Notes: generated by a model not told the origin, from the letters alone. Positions 18,760 to 27,997 are shown, numbered from the stretch's first letter. The stretch: DNA of 64,000 nucleotides from Victivallaceae bacterium (GCA_045588835.1 JAZNEV010000075.1:7979-71978); one strand, 5' to 3'. Program-made: numbers and translations.

Positions 18760-19542
18760 ATGAAAAAGAAAAACGTGCATATAATTTTTATGTTGCTTTT
18801 ATCCGCAGTGGCAGTAGTGCTGGTTTGCGGAGTGTCTGAATTGCCCGCTGACGGGCAGTGGCACAAAAAAGAAGTGCCGCCGGTCGCACAAAATTCAGAG
18901 GAGGTTGTGCCGGAGATTCCGGAAGTTGTTCCGGTTGCTGTGACACCTCCGGTAATTGAACCGGAAGAAGTGCCGGCCGTTGAGCCTGATCTGCCGGAAG
19001 TTGCCGGAACCGGCGAGGTTTCCGCATCCGATGCAAATGACAGTGCCCCGGTATTTTTTCAGTGGCAGTATATGCCTACCCGGCAAGGGTATCTTTTCGG
19101 TCATGAACGCAAGGTGTATGGTCTTGCACTGGGGTATTATCTGCCGCAGAGTGAGATCTATGGGGTCAGTTTGTCTTTTATGCACATTTACAATGTGCGT
19201 AAATACGGCTTGAGCTTATCGATTCTTGAAATGAGCGGTGAGATCGGCGGAGTAACTCTCTTTCTGGCCGGTGGGGCGGTGAGCAATCGCGGTTTGGCCG
19301 TCGGTTTGCTGAATCTGGCTGAAGATAATCGCGGTTTGCAGATCGGGTTGGTCAACGTGAGCGAAGAAGATCTGTTGCTGGATTATCCTCAAAAGCCGCA
19401 TGGTGAAAGTGAAGAATCATCTTTCGGAGTTCAGGCCGGATTGGTTAATTTTTCCGATGCCAAGGGGATTCAATTCGGTTTGTGGAATGTCAATCCGAAT
19501 AGCTGGATAAAATACTTTCCGATATTCAATTTTTGCCTGTAA
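18760..19542 (+). CDS. Membrane-anchored protein with Pro-rich linker and G-x-Q-x-G-L-x-N repeats (LA_2272-like surface repeats)
   Basis: Start MKKKNVHIIFMLLLSAVAVVLV (TM/signal). PE/PV-rich spacer. Repeats GLAVGLLNLAEDNRGLQIGLVNV, GVQAGLVNFSDAKGIQFGLWNV. Confidence 0.8.
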   Translation: MKKKNVHIIFMLLLSAVAVVLVCGVSELPADGQWHKKEVPPVAQNSEEVVPEIPEVVPVAVTPPVIEPEEVPAVEPDLPEVAGTGEVSASDANDSAPVFFQWQYMPTRQGYLFGHERKVYGLALGYYLPQSEIYGVSLSFMHIYNVRKYGLSLSILEMSGEIGGVTLFLAGGAVSNRGLAVGLLNLAEDNRGLQIGLVNVSEEDLLLDYPQKPHGESEESSFGVQAGLVNFSDAKGIQFGLWNVNPNSWIKYFPIFNFCL

Positions 19543-19597
19543 GACGGCTGATTCGGTAAAATTTTTGAAAAAGTTTTCAATTTTGCCGGAATATAAG

Positions 19598-19625
19598 TTG
19601 CAATCCGCTTCATCTGCACTATATT
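19598..19625 (+). promoter_or_regulatory. Sigma-70-type promoter for the symporter gene
   Basis: TTGCAA, 16-nt spacer, TATATT. Confidence 0.5.
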
Positions 19626-19713
19626 TTAGAAGATATTGTATTATTGATTCGGAAGTGCAGTTGTCGCTTCCCTGTAAATTGCTGTCAAATGTTTGTTGAA
19701 AGGTGAAGATCTT

Positions 19714-21258
19714 ATGGGATTTTTGCTCTGTGCCAGTGCCGGATCTTTGGCTTTGCCGGCTGAAACGATGAAAATGCTGGTCATCGGTATTGCTGTGTAT
19801 ATGGTCGCCATGTTGCTTATCGGATGGATTTCCAGCCGCAAAGTTTCCGGAATGAGCGATTTTCTGGTAGCCGGCAGACGTTTGCCATTATGGATGGCGA
19901 CTGCGACTTTGCTGGCGACCTGGTTCGGAGCCGGTTCCAGTATGGGGGTGGCTGCCACGGTCTACTCTGACGGGATAAGCGGAGTACTGGCAGACCCGTT
20001 CGGAGCATCGTTGAGTTTGATCCTGGCCGGTGTGTTCATTGTCGGTATTTTACGCAAGAAGCAATGCATGACGGTTACGGACATTATTGAAAGACGTTTC
20101 GGCAAAGCCGCCGGAGTGTATGCTTCACTTTGGATGATACCGGTTTACGTTGGATGGCTTGGAGCCCAGTTGCTCGGTCTTGGTACAATTCTCAATCTGC
20201 TGACCGGCATGTCAGTGGTCCACGGAACTTTGATCGGTGCGGCGGTGGTGTTGCTTTACACTTGTGCCGGAGGAATGTGGGCGGTGACGCTTACCGACGT
20301 GGTGCAGGTCGGAATCATGGTTCTCGGTTTGATCATGTTGCTGCCCGGAACTTTAGAAATGGCCGGTGGTGCAGAGGCTTTGATGGGAAGTTTTACCGCG
20401 GCCGATTCATTGTTGCCGGCATCGGATTCCAATTTCAATGATTATGTCTACTATATCGGCAGTTGGATCATTATGGGATTGGGGTGTATAGTCGGTCAGG
20501 ATCTTGTACAGCGGTCTCTGGCCAGTAAAAACTCCAACGTGGCAGTGGCCAGCAGTGTGATTTCCGGATTTACCTATATGGTTATCGGTCTTATTCCTAT
20601 TGCCATCGGAATCGCTGCCCGGATCATTTTGCCGAAGTATGGCATTACTGATGATATGATGGGGGATAATCTGGAAAATCAGGTGTTGCCGCGGATTGCA
20701 ATTCTGGTTATGGGAGAGAGTTCTCCGGTGATTCTGACGGTATTTATTGCAGCTTTGACGGCGGCGATCATGAGTTCTGCGGATAGTTCACTGCTGGCCG
20801 GAGCCTCCTTGCTCTGTAACAATGTTATTGCTCCGGTGTTTCCCAAACTCCGGGTAAAGTGGTTGCTTTTAAGTACCCGTATCGCCACGGTGTTTCTTAC
20901 GATTGTGGCTCTGGTGCTGGCTATTTGGGTCAAGAGTATTTACAATTTGATGATCAACAGTTGGATTTCTCAATTGGTGGTGATTTTTCTGCCGGTGATA
21001 ATGGCTATGTATGTACCCAAAGCGACCAGACATAATGCGTGGGCGACCATGATCGTCGGCACCGTGGTCTGGCTGGGGTATACATTTGTGGTCAGTTGCG
21101 GCAGTGCTTTGAATTTTGTGGAGTTGCTCGGCAGTGATGAGTTTGACCGGGCAATCACCTGCGGTGCAGTGTATGGTTTTGTTTCGGCTTTGCTGACATT
21201 CATTTGCTGTTATATCGGTGAAAGAATTGCCGGGGAAGAGGAAAATGAGGCGAATTGA
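19714..21258 (+). CDS. Sodium:solute symporter family (SSF) transporter
   Basis: FLVAGRRLPLWMATATLLATWFGAGSSMG signature and more than 12 TM segments. ATG 19714 lies behind AGGTGA; the ORF opens at TTG 19693. Confidence 0.9.
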   Translation: MGFLLCASAGSLALPAETMKMLVIGIAVYMVAMLLIGWISSRKVSGMSDFLVAGRRLPLWMATATLLATWFGAGSSMGVAATVYSDGISGVLADPFGASLSLILAGVFIVGILRKKQCMTVTDIIERRFGKAAGVYASLWMIPVYVGWLGAQLLGLGTILNLLTGMSVVHGTLIGAAVVLLYTCAGGMWAVTLTDVVQVGIMVLGLIMLLPGTLEMAGGAEALMGSFTAADSLLPASDSNFNDYVYYIGSWIIMGLGCIVGQDLVQRSLASKNSNVAVASSVISGFTYMVIGLIPIAIGIAARIILPKYGITDDMMGDNLENQVLPRIAILVMGESSPVILTVFIAALTAAIMSSADSSLLAGASLLCNNVIAPVFPKLRVKWLLLSTRIATVFLTIVALVLAIWVKSIYNLMINSWISQLVVIFLPVIMAMYVPKATRHNAWATMIVGTVVWLGYTFVVSCGSALNFVELLGSDEFDRAITCGAVYGFVSALLTFICCYIGERIAGEEENEAN

Positions 21259-21838
21259 TCTGAAGTTATCTGATATTCAGAAAACTGCGGTATATTTGAA
21301 AGAATGTTTGGATCGTCCCGGATCAGTCGCATTGGTACCGACGGAAACGGTTTACGGATTGATTGCCAGAGCGGATGACCAGCTGGCGATGGAAAGGATC
21401 GTCAAATTGAAACACCGTCAGCAGGGAAAGCATTTCGGTTGGTTCATTGGCAACTGGCGTAAACTTGAATGCTACGGGGTGATACTTGACGGTTGGCCGG
21501 AAAAGTTGGCAGAGGAGTTCTGTCCGGGGGCATTGACGGTAATTGCACCGTGTGTAAATAACGGTACGCAGGGATTCCGGGTCCCGGATACTCCGTTGCT
21601 GACGGTGTTGCTCAATGAGTTTGACGGTCCGTTGCTTCAAACCAGTGCCAATGCTTCCGGGATGCCGGATGCCCGCTGTTGTGATGAGGCATTGGCACAA
21701 CTTGATGGCGAAGTCGATTGTGCTGTGGATGGCGGCAGGATAGCTGAAGATGCCGTTGCCTCGACAGTGGTGGATGCTACGGGGAAAAAGTTGAAAATTC
21801 TGCGTCAGGGAGCAGTTGATTTACATAAATACCTTTGA
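21245..21838 (+). CDS. tsaC: L-threonylcarbamoyladenylate synthase (TsaC/YrdC family)
   Basis: VALVPTETVYGLIA...LLQTSANASG motifs. Overlaps the symporter stop. Confidence 0.9.
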   Translation: MRRIDLKLSDIQKTAVYLKECLDRPGSVALVPTETVYGLIARADDQLAMERIVKLKHRQQGKHFGWFIGNWRKLECYGVILDGWPEKLAEEFCPGALTVIAPCVNNGTQGFRVPDTPLLTVLLNEFDGPLLQTSANASGMPDARCCDEALAQLDGEVDCAVDGGRIAEDAVASTVVDATGKKLKILRQGAVDLHKYL

Positions 21839-21895
21839 GGTATTGTGTCAATGAATTTATAAAGTTTTTGATTTCAGTTGGGGAGAGCCGGACAA

Positions 21896-22849
21896 GTGAA
21901 ACGGTTTTTTATGGCATTATCGATTTTGATGCTTTCGTGTGTTTTGCCGTTGTTCGGTGGCGGAACTGCGGAGGGGCAGAGTAATTCTGTATTGGCATCG
22001 GTCAATGGTCGGGCAATTACGCTTATTGATGTGTTGCAATTGACTAAGGTGCGTGAAATGCAGGCAGTTTCGGTTTACAGCGGTGAACGTTTGCATGAGG
22101 AGATCCGGAACTATCGCAAAGAAGCAGTGGATGACTTGATCGATAACATACTGATTCAAGCAGAGTTTGCCAAATACGGTTTTGTATTGTCCGCACAGGA
22201 TGTCGAAAGAGAGATCGATCAGATAGCCACCCGCATCGGTTGTCACTCCCGCAGTGAATTGGAGCGTCGTTTGCGTCAGGAAGGTTCCAGTATTGAAGAG
22301 GTGCGTTTCAGTGTACGCAATAATATGATGGTTCAGTTGATGGTGTACCGTCAAATACGTATAGCAGATCCGGTTTCTCCGAGGGAGATTTACGAATATT
22401 ATCAGGCCAATGAAAATACCTTTTCGACTCCGGAAAAGGTTGTTTTGGCGATGCTGAAATTGCCATCCAATCATCCGGATCTGGAAAATAAATGTGCTGA
22501 GATCAGTGATGTATTGAAAAATGATCCGGCAGCATTTGCCGGGCTGGTTCAACGTTATTCTCCGGAATTGGGCAATGGGGAACTCGGGGAAATCGAGTGC
22601 CGTTTGCTCCGGCCGGAATTTGCAGCGGCATTCACGCAATTTACCAATGGCATGATTGCCGGTCCGATCCGTATTTATGATGGCATGGTCTGGCTGAAAG
22701 TAATATCTTATACGCCTTCGGAGAAAATGCCGTTTGAAACGGTTGAGGAACGTATCAAACTTGAATTGGAACAGCGTAACCGGGAAAGAGTTATCAGTGG
22801 TTATGCGGCGAGGCTCCGTTCAAAAGCGATCATTGAATACTATTTTTAA
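21896..22849 (+). CDS. SurA-like periplasmic chaperone / parvulin-type peptidyl-prolyl isomerase
   Basis: Signal-like N-terminus, SurA_N-like helical region, and C-terminal parvulin segment (ELGEIECRLLRPEFAAAF...GPIRIYDGMVWLKV). Start is uncertain (TTG 21878, GTG 21896, ATG 21911). Confidence 0.8.
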   Translation: MKRFFMALSILMLSCVLPLFGGGTAEGQSNSVLASVNGRAITLIDVLQLTKVREMQAVSVYSGERLHEEIRNYRKEAVDDLIDNILIQAEFAKYGFVLSAQDVEREIDQIATRIGCHSRSELERRLRQEGSSIEEVRFSVRNNMMVQLMVYRQIRIADPVSPREIYEYYQANENTFSTPEKVVLAMLKLPSNHPDLENKCAEISDVLKNDPAAFAGLVQRYSPELGNGELGEIECRLLRPEFAAAFTQFTNGMIAGPIRIYDGMVWLKVISYTPSEKMPFETVEERIKLELEQRNRERVISGYAARLRSKAIIEYYF

Positions 22850-22869
22850 TAATTTTGGAATAAGTGCTT

Positions 22870-25464
22870 ATGAAACTGTTTTGCAGCAAATGCAGTAAAG
22901 AATTTACCGTTTCCAATGGTGATTCTGCGGAAGTCAATTGTCCGGTTTGCGGTCTGTCTGTACCACGGCCGGATTATGAGTTGGGGCCGGGGGTGGTCAT
23001 CGGGGATTTTTTGATTGAGAGTAAAGTCAGTGTCGGAGGCATGGGAGAAGTATTTCAGGCCAGACAGCTGTCGTTGGATCGTCCGGTAGCACTTAAAGTT
23101 TTGTTGACCAAATATACCAATGACCGTGATTATGTGGCCAGTCTTTTCCGTGAAGCCCGGGCTGCCGCCAGAATCAGCCATCCGAATATCGTTCAAGCCT
23201 ACGCAGTTGGTCAGGATAGTGGATTTTTCTACTTTGCCATGGAATTGGTCAGAGGCGACACGTTGAAAAATATCTTGCGTAAAGAAGGAGCTTTGTCTGT
23301 GGAAAAGGCTGCTTCGATCATCTGTGATGTGGCTCGTGCATTGGATGTGGCATGGCGTGAGCAGAAACTGGTCCACCAGGATATCAAGCCGGATAATATC
23401 ATGTTTGATGTCAATGGATTTGCCAAATTGGCCGACCTCGGATTGGCGAAAACCGGAGCGATGGAAAATACCGTTGATGAAAACAGCGATGAGGTACTTG
23501 GTACGCCGCAGTATATCAGTCCGGAACAGTTGACCGGGGTGCCTACTGATGTCCGCAGTGATATTTACAGTCTTGGAGTGACATTCTACCATATCGTGAC
23601 CGGCAAATTGCCTTATCGGGCAACGGATATGGACGAATTGGCCAGAATGCATGATGCCGGCAATCTCATTCCGCCGCAGGAAATCAAACCGGATCTGCCG
23701 GATGAGTTGAACCGCATTATTGTCAAAATGATGTCTCGCAATATTGAAAAACGTTATCAGTCTCCAGCTGAATTGGTTGCCGATTTGGAACGTTTTCTGG
23801 TTGCTCAAAAGGCAAATAAGATCGATGAAATAAAATTAAGTACTCCTGAAATCGCAGAAGAACAGCATCAGGCGGCAGTTGCGACACCCAAAGTTGTCCG
23901 TCCATCGGCTCCCAGACCGGCTGCTCCCGGTGTTCCGCGTCCATCGGCACCCAAAACGGCTGCTCCCGGTGCCCCGCGTCCATCGGCTCCCAAACCGGCT
24001 GCTCCCGGTGCCCCGCGTCCATCGGCACCCAAACCGGCTGCTCCCGGTGCTCCGGTCGTTCCCGGAGTGATGAAAACATCAGCTGCTTCCGGGGAAAGTT
24101 TCTGGCATAAGAATCGCAAGTCACTGGTGTTGCTTATTTTGCTCGCTATTGTCGGTGGAGTGATTTTCACTATCCGATTTTCCGGCAACAGCGATGATCC
24201 TGCTGCCGGAACTTCAGCAGATGTTTCGGCAGATGTTTCGGCAGATGTTTCGGCTGATGTCGCAACAGAAGGATCTCCGGATGCAACTGACGGAGTTCAG
24301 ACGGCAGAAACACCGGTTGCTGATTCATCTGCGGAAACAGCAGAAGCAACTGTTCCCGGCGGGCAGAGTGATGATGGTCGTGGGCGTATAAATCAATACC
24401 GGCAGGATTATGCCGCATTGAGAAACGGGGCGGATCGTGCGGAAACTGTCACCGATACTGATCGCGGAAATGCCGGAACGTCATTTGTTACGCCCCGATC
24501 TACGTTGAGAATTTATGAAAAACCGGATCTTTCCCGGCCGGAATATATTGCATTGGCCAATGGAATTATTGAATGGCGTAATGCCAATCCGGTGAAAGAC
24601 CAGGAATTTCTGCAAAAAGTGGATGAGGCATGGGACGAGTTGCGTTATCCGCAAACGGAGAGGGAATATGAATTGCTCTCGCGATTGATGAATATGTACT
24701 CTGCACTTGATGAATTTTTACGCTGTGAAAGTGCCCGTACACAGGCGCGGGAGGCTCACGAAGCAACGATCGCAGCCGCCCGCCAGCGGCAGGAGGAAAT
24801 CCGCAGAGAACAGCAGCAAGCAGCGGAACTCCGTCGTCAGCAGCAGCAGGAACAGACCCGGCAGGCAGAGGAAAATGCCCGGATAAGGGAGGATGCCGAA
24901 CGCCAGCGCCGGGCAGGGGAAACGGCGATACAAAATCAAGTTGATCACTATCTGGGTATCTGTCTGGTTGAGTTGTATAAGGCGGCATTTACCGGAGAAA
25001 TCGGCGGTTTGACTGAAGCGATCAATCAGGCCGTTATTTACACGGATACTGTCCGTACTTTTTCGGATGCAGAACGCAAAAAGATTTCCGATTTCAAAGC
25101 CTTGCTGGCTGTGCTGCCCGGTGAGTGCACCAAACTCAAAAATGCCTTTGACCGTTTCCGGAGGTTGAATCGTAACAGCGGTATCCGTATTTTGCTTGGC
25201 TCCGGAACAGTACTGCTTCTTCAAGTCAAACCGGGAGAATTGGTTTATCAGAATCGCAGAGGCGACCCCCAAACCATCGTTTATAAGGATATGGAAGATC
25301 GTACCCGTACTACTCTTATGCGTGCATTTCAAATGAAACGGGTGGTTGATCATTACGAGTTTTATTCAGATCTTTTCCACGGTCAGTTGCCGGCAGATTC
25401 CACGGTTCCTGACGGCTTTTGGAAAAATATATGGCCGTTTGCCAAGACCGTATTGCTGAAGTAA
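22870..25464 (+). CDS. Ser/Thr protein kinase with N-terminal zinc ribbon, Pro-rich repeats, one TM and a large extracytoplasmic/coiled-coil region
   Basis: CSKC...CPVC ribbon. VALKVL, HQDIKPDNIM, ADLGLA and GTPQYISPE kinase motifs. TM LVLLILLAIVGGVIFTI. Q/R-rich coiled coil. Confidence 0.9.
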   Translation: MKLFCSKCSKEFTVSNGDSAEVNCPVCGLSVPRPDYELGPGVVIGDFLIESKVSVGGMGEVFQARQLSLDRPVALKVLLTKYTNDRDYVASLFREARAAARISHPNIVQAYAVGQDSGFFYFAMELVRGDTLKNILRKEGALSVEKAASIICDVARALDVAWREQKLVHQDIKPDNIMFDVNGFAKLADLGLAKTGAMENTVDENSDEVLGTPQYISPEQLTGVPTDVRSDIYSLGVTFYHIVTGKLPYRATDMDELARMHDAGNLIPPQEIKPDLPDELNRIIVKMMSRNIEKRYQSPAELVADLERFLVAQKANKIDEIKLSTPEIAEEQHQAAVATPKVVRPSAPRPAAPGVPRPSAPKTAAPGAPRPSAPKPAAPGAPRPSAPKPAAPGAPVVPGVMKTSAASGESFWHKNRKSLVLLILLAIVGGVIFTIRFSGNSDDPAAGTSADVSADVSADVSADVATEGSPDATDGVQTAETPVADSSAETAEATVPGGQSDDGRGRINQYRQDYAALRNGADRAETVTDTDRGNAGTSFVTPRSTLRIYEKPDLSRPEYIALANGIIEWRNANPVKDQEFLQKVDEAWDELRYPQTEREYELLSRLMNMYSALDEFLRCESARTQAREAHEATIAAARQRQEEIRREQQQAAELRRQQQQEQTRQAEENARIREDAERQRRAGETAIQNQVDHYLGICLVELYKAAFTGEIGGLTEAINQAVIYTDTVRTFSDAERKKISDFKALLAVLPGECTKLKNAFDRFRRLNRNSGIRILLGSGTVLLLQVKPGELVYQNRRGDPQTIVYKDMEDRTRTTLMRAFQMKRVVDHYEFYSDLFHGQLPADSTVPDGFWKNIWPFAKTVLLK
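23902..24057 (+). repeat. Four tandem 39-bp repeats (PSAPKPAAPGAPR units) inside the kinase gene
   Basis: The units 23902-23940, 23941-23979, 23980-24018 and 24019-24057 differ at only a few positions. In frame. Confidence 0.9.
24218..24263 (+). repeat. Tandem 12-bp repeats (CAGATGTTTCGG x3 plus one degenerate) encoding SADV repeats
   Basis: Read directly; in frame, just outside the TM segment of the kinase. Confidence 0.85.
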
Positions 25465-25481
25465 AGGTATAAAATGTTTTT

Positions 25482-25516
25482 ATCCGTATCATGTTTTTGC
25501 ATGGTACGGATTTTTT
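25482..25516 (+). terminator. Rho-independent terminator after the kinase gene
   Basis: ATCCGTATCATG-tttttg-CATGGTACGGAT (one G-U pair) followed by T6. Confidence 0.8.
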
Positions 25517-25527
25517 ATATATTCAAC

Positions 25528-25555
25528 TTGAAAAAAAGTCTTTCTGCGGTATATC
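25528..25555 (+). promoter_or_regulatory. Sigma-70-type promoter upstream of the R-M remnant
   Basis: TTGAAA, 16-nt spacer, TATATC. Embedded in the recurring AACTTGAAAAAAAG motif. Confidence 0.5.
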
Positions 25556-25585
25556 ACCGTTGATGATCGTACCACAGTATTTTAT

Positions 25586-25963
25586 ATGCTGACAGATGCA
25601 CAACCGCGGGCAGCTGCGAAAAAATTTGCCGCCGAATGGAACGACCGGGGCTATGAGAAGGGCGAAACTCACGCTTTTGGGATCAATCTGCTCCGGGCGG
25701 TTTGGGGAATTACTGAACCGGAAAGTTTTATTTCGTTTGAAACACCGGTTTGGCTCGGACATACTATTCTTGAGGCTTGTGCGTTGTATCCGGATTGCAG
25801 TTTAGCCGCTCTTTGCGATGAAGCAACGATGCCGCCGGAACTCCGCAAAGCTCATCAAGCCAATGATAAAGCCGTGATGAAAGCATATGGCTATGCCCCC
25901 TGCATGACCGAGCCGGAAATCGTTGCCGACCTGATGAAACGCTATCAGAAGTTGACTCGGTGA
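25586..25963 (+). pseudogene. Collapsed MmeI-type (type IIL/IIG) restriction-modification gene: N-terminal and C-terminal ends fused, enzyme body deleted
   Basis: AAKKFAAEWNDRGYEKGETHAFGINLLRAVWGI matches the N-terminus of MmeI-family enzymes. MPPELRKAHQANDKAVMKAYGY...ADLMKRYQKLT matches their C-terminal tail. No methyltransferase or nuclease motifs lie between. Confidence 0.7.
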
Positions 25964-25971
25964 AATTGCCT

Positions 25972-26967
25972 CTAAAGATTGGTGCGGATCGCCGCTGAAT
26001 AATCACCGTCTTGGTCAATATACAAGTTGGCTTTGCGCCGGGATTTCAATTCTTCAAATGATTCACCATCCCGGCAGGAAAGGTAGCCCAGTTCATAAAG
26101 CAACTCATCTGAATAACCATTGATCAGCAGCCGGATATCTCCGGTAAATCCGGGATTTATCCAACGGAGCAACGGTGCCAGACTGGTGGTGCAGTTGTGG
26201 GTCAAACTGTTGTAAAATTGCGGATCGGTGTATTGTTCATTGATGGAATGCAGTAATTTTTTCAACATTAATTTTGCTTGAGAGGGCGTTGCATTGGTAC
26301 GGTACAAATAAAGTTCCTCTTTGCGGAAATTTGTACGCAGTTTGTAGAGATCACTTTCAGTCGCTATGATCGGCAGCAATTCATATTGTTTATATAATCC
26401 GGCAATGGCATTCTGACTCACTCCTTCCGGCAATCTGGTTTCCATGGAAAAAGCAACATATTGTCCGTCAGAAAATACAAACGTCAGCATGGTATGGGCG
26501 ATAGAAGTCAAACCATCCCAGTGCGAAATTGCCAGATCGACATGGATAACCTTATCCATATCCACAGTCAATGTACGGTAGCGTATTTCATACTCATTTT
26601 CGGAATAATAGCGGAAATCCCGGACATCGTGGAGAATCGCCTTGGAACCATGGAAAGTAACGTGCGGTCGTCTGCCCCATGGCTTTTGCCAACGGGTGTT
26701 TTGAAATACTTCTCCGGGGGTAAGTAACAAAAAGTGGTAGATCACCAGTAATTCAATAATCATCAGATCCAATGCCGCTGTCATATTGCCCCGGATCGCA
26801 CAAAACAGAAAAAAGATGATCATAACAGCAAACAGGATCAAACCGGGATATCTGGTCCCGTAATACCAGTATGCAGTGTAATTCAATGCTCCCATGCACC
26901 AAATTCCGGCAAGCAGCAACAGAATCAGCCATAAATATTTGACGATCGTAAGCAACATAAAACTCAT
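25972..26967 (-). CDS. DUF4105 (Lnb-like) membrane protein
   Basis: Three N-terminal TM helices, then a periplasmic domain with YNSLTHNCTTSLAPLL typical of DUF4105. Confidence 0.8.
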   Translation of the reverse strand: MSFMLLTIVKYLWLILLLLAGIWCMGALNYTAYWYYGTRYPGLILFAVMIIFFLFCAIRGNMTAALDLMIIELLVIYHFLLLTPGEVFQNTRWQKPWGRRPHVTFHGSKAILHDVRDFRYYSENEYEIRYRTLTVDMDKVIHVDLAISHWDGLTSIAHTMLTFVFSDGQYVAFSMETRLPEGVSQNAIAGLYKQYELLPIIATESDLYKLRTNFRKEELYLYRTNATPSQAKLMLKKLLHSINEQYTDPQFYNSLTHNCTTSLAPLLRWINPGFTGDIRLLINGYSDELLYELGYLSCRDGESFEELKSRRKANLYIDQDGDYSAAIRTNL

Positions 26968-27035
26968 ATCATTGACTTCCTTTTTTCAAAATATAACACA
27001 AATATAAAATATTTACAAGTAAAAATTTTTTCAAC

Positions 27036-27064
27036 TTGAAAAAAAGCCGGATATGAGTTAAATT
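27036..27064 (+). promoter_or_regulatory. Sigma-70-type promoter for the DMT transporter gene
   Basis: TTGAAA, 17-nt spacer, TAAATT. Same 17-mer context as at 25522. Confidence 0.5.
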
Positions 27065-27103
27065 AAGAAAATTCATATTTAATAATACAAGTACAGGAAA
27101 AAA

Positions 27104-27997
27104 ATGACATTTACTGCTTTTATTCTGGTATTTATTTCAGTATTCATGCACGCCGCATGGAATTTCCTCGGCAAAAAAGAGAGTCCGAGTTCGGCGTTTT
27201 TTTTGTTGTCTGCGGTGGCAGGTTCGATTTTCTGTCTGCCTTTTGCGCTTTGTTCCGGGGTGGATTTTCTGGCGATACCGCTTGATTTCTGGTTGATTTT
27301 AGTGGTGAGTATCTCATTCGACCTGGTTTATTTTGTGGCTTTGGGGCGGGGGTACCGTTGCGGAGATATTTCACTGGTCTACCCGTTGGGCAGAGCGTTG
27401 CCGGTATTGCTGACCGCCATCGTGACTATGTTGTGCGGTATTGGCAAGTCGTTATCAACCAATGCTTTGATTGGAATGATGGTGCTTTTTGCCGGATGTA
27501 TTATCATGCCGTTGCAGAAATGGAGTGAATTCAAACTGAAAACTTATTTTTCCAAAGTAACATTCTGGATCTTATTGATCAGCATCGGCACGACCGGCTA
27601 TACGGTTTTTGACAGTATGGATATGGAGATACTGAAACAGATGTACTTTAAGAATGAACTTCTGCGGGCAATATTTTATATGGGAGCCGCCGATGTGCTT
27701 ATTTCATTCGGGATGTTCTGGATCGTGATTTTCAACCGGAATGAACGTTTGGAATTGAAACGGATCGCCCGGAGTTATGCGCCTTATATCGCCGGAGTTT
27801 TTACCGCATCAGCATATATATTGGTTCTGCTGGCGATGAATAATGTCGATAATGTCTGTTACATTCAGGCATTCCGGCAGATGAGTCTGCCGATCGGTAT
27901 GCTGGCCGGAGTTTTTATTCTCAAGGAATCCTGTTCCCCCCCAAAAGTCGTGGGTATTTTACTGGTGATCACCGGTCTGATAATGAGTTCGCTTTGA
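27104..27997 (+). CDS. DMT-superfamily (EamA-like) transporter
   Basis: Ten predicted TM helices in two EamA-like halves. The 3' end overlaps tcdA by 29 nt (convergent). Confidence 0.85.
   Translation: MTFTAFILVFISVFMHAAWNFLGKKESPSSAFFLLSAVAGSIFCLPFALCSGVDFLAIPLDFWLILVVSISFDLVYFVALGRGYRCGDISLVYPLGRALPVLLTAIVTMLCGIGKSLSTNALIGMMVLFAGCIIMPLQKWSEFKLKTYFSKVTFWILLISIGTTGYTVFDSMDMEILKQMYFKNELLRAIFYMGAADVLISFGMFWIVIFNRNERLELKRIARSYAPYIAGVFTASAYILVLLAMNNVDNVCYIQAFRQMSLPIGMLAGVFILKESCSPPKVVGILLVITGLIMSSL

Noticed and set aside
22846-23808. 320-aa minus-strand ORF opposite the kinase gene, and similar long shadows at 21917-22639, 8061-8828, 41781-42530, 42660-43346, 39238-39873, 50211-50819, 53496-54161, 59883-60530 and 60799-61482
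   Set aside because: All are codon-register antisense shadows of genes with clear family motifs. Their translations are compositionally odd and lack recognisable domains.
23902-24057. Regular 39-bp tandem repeats could be mistaken for a CRISPR-like array
   Set aside because: The units are directly adjacent with no spacers, are in frame inside a kinase gene and encode a Pro/Ala-rich linker. No cas genes are nearby.
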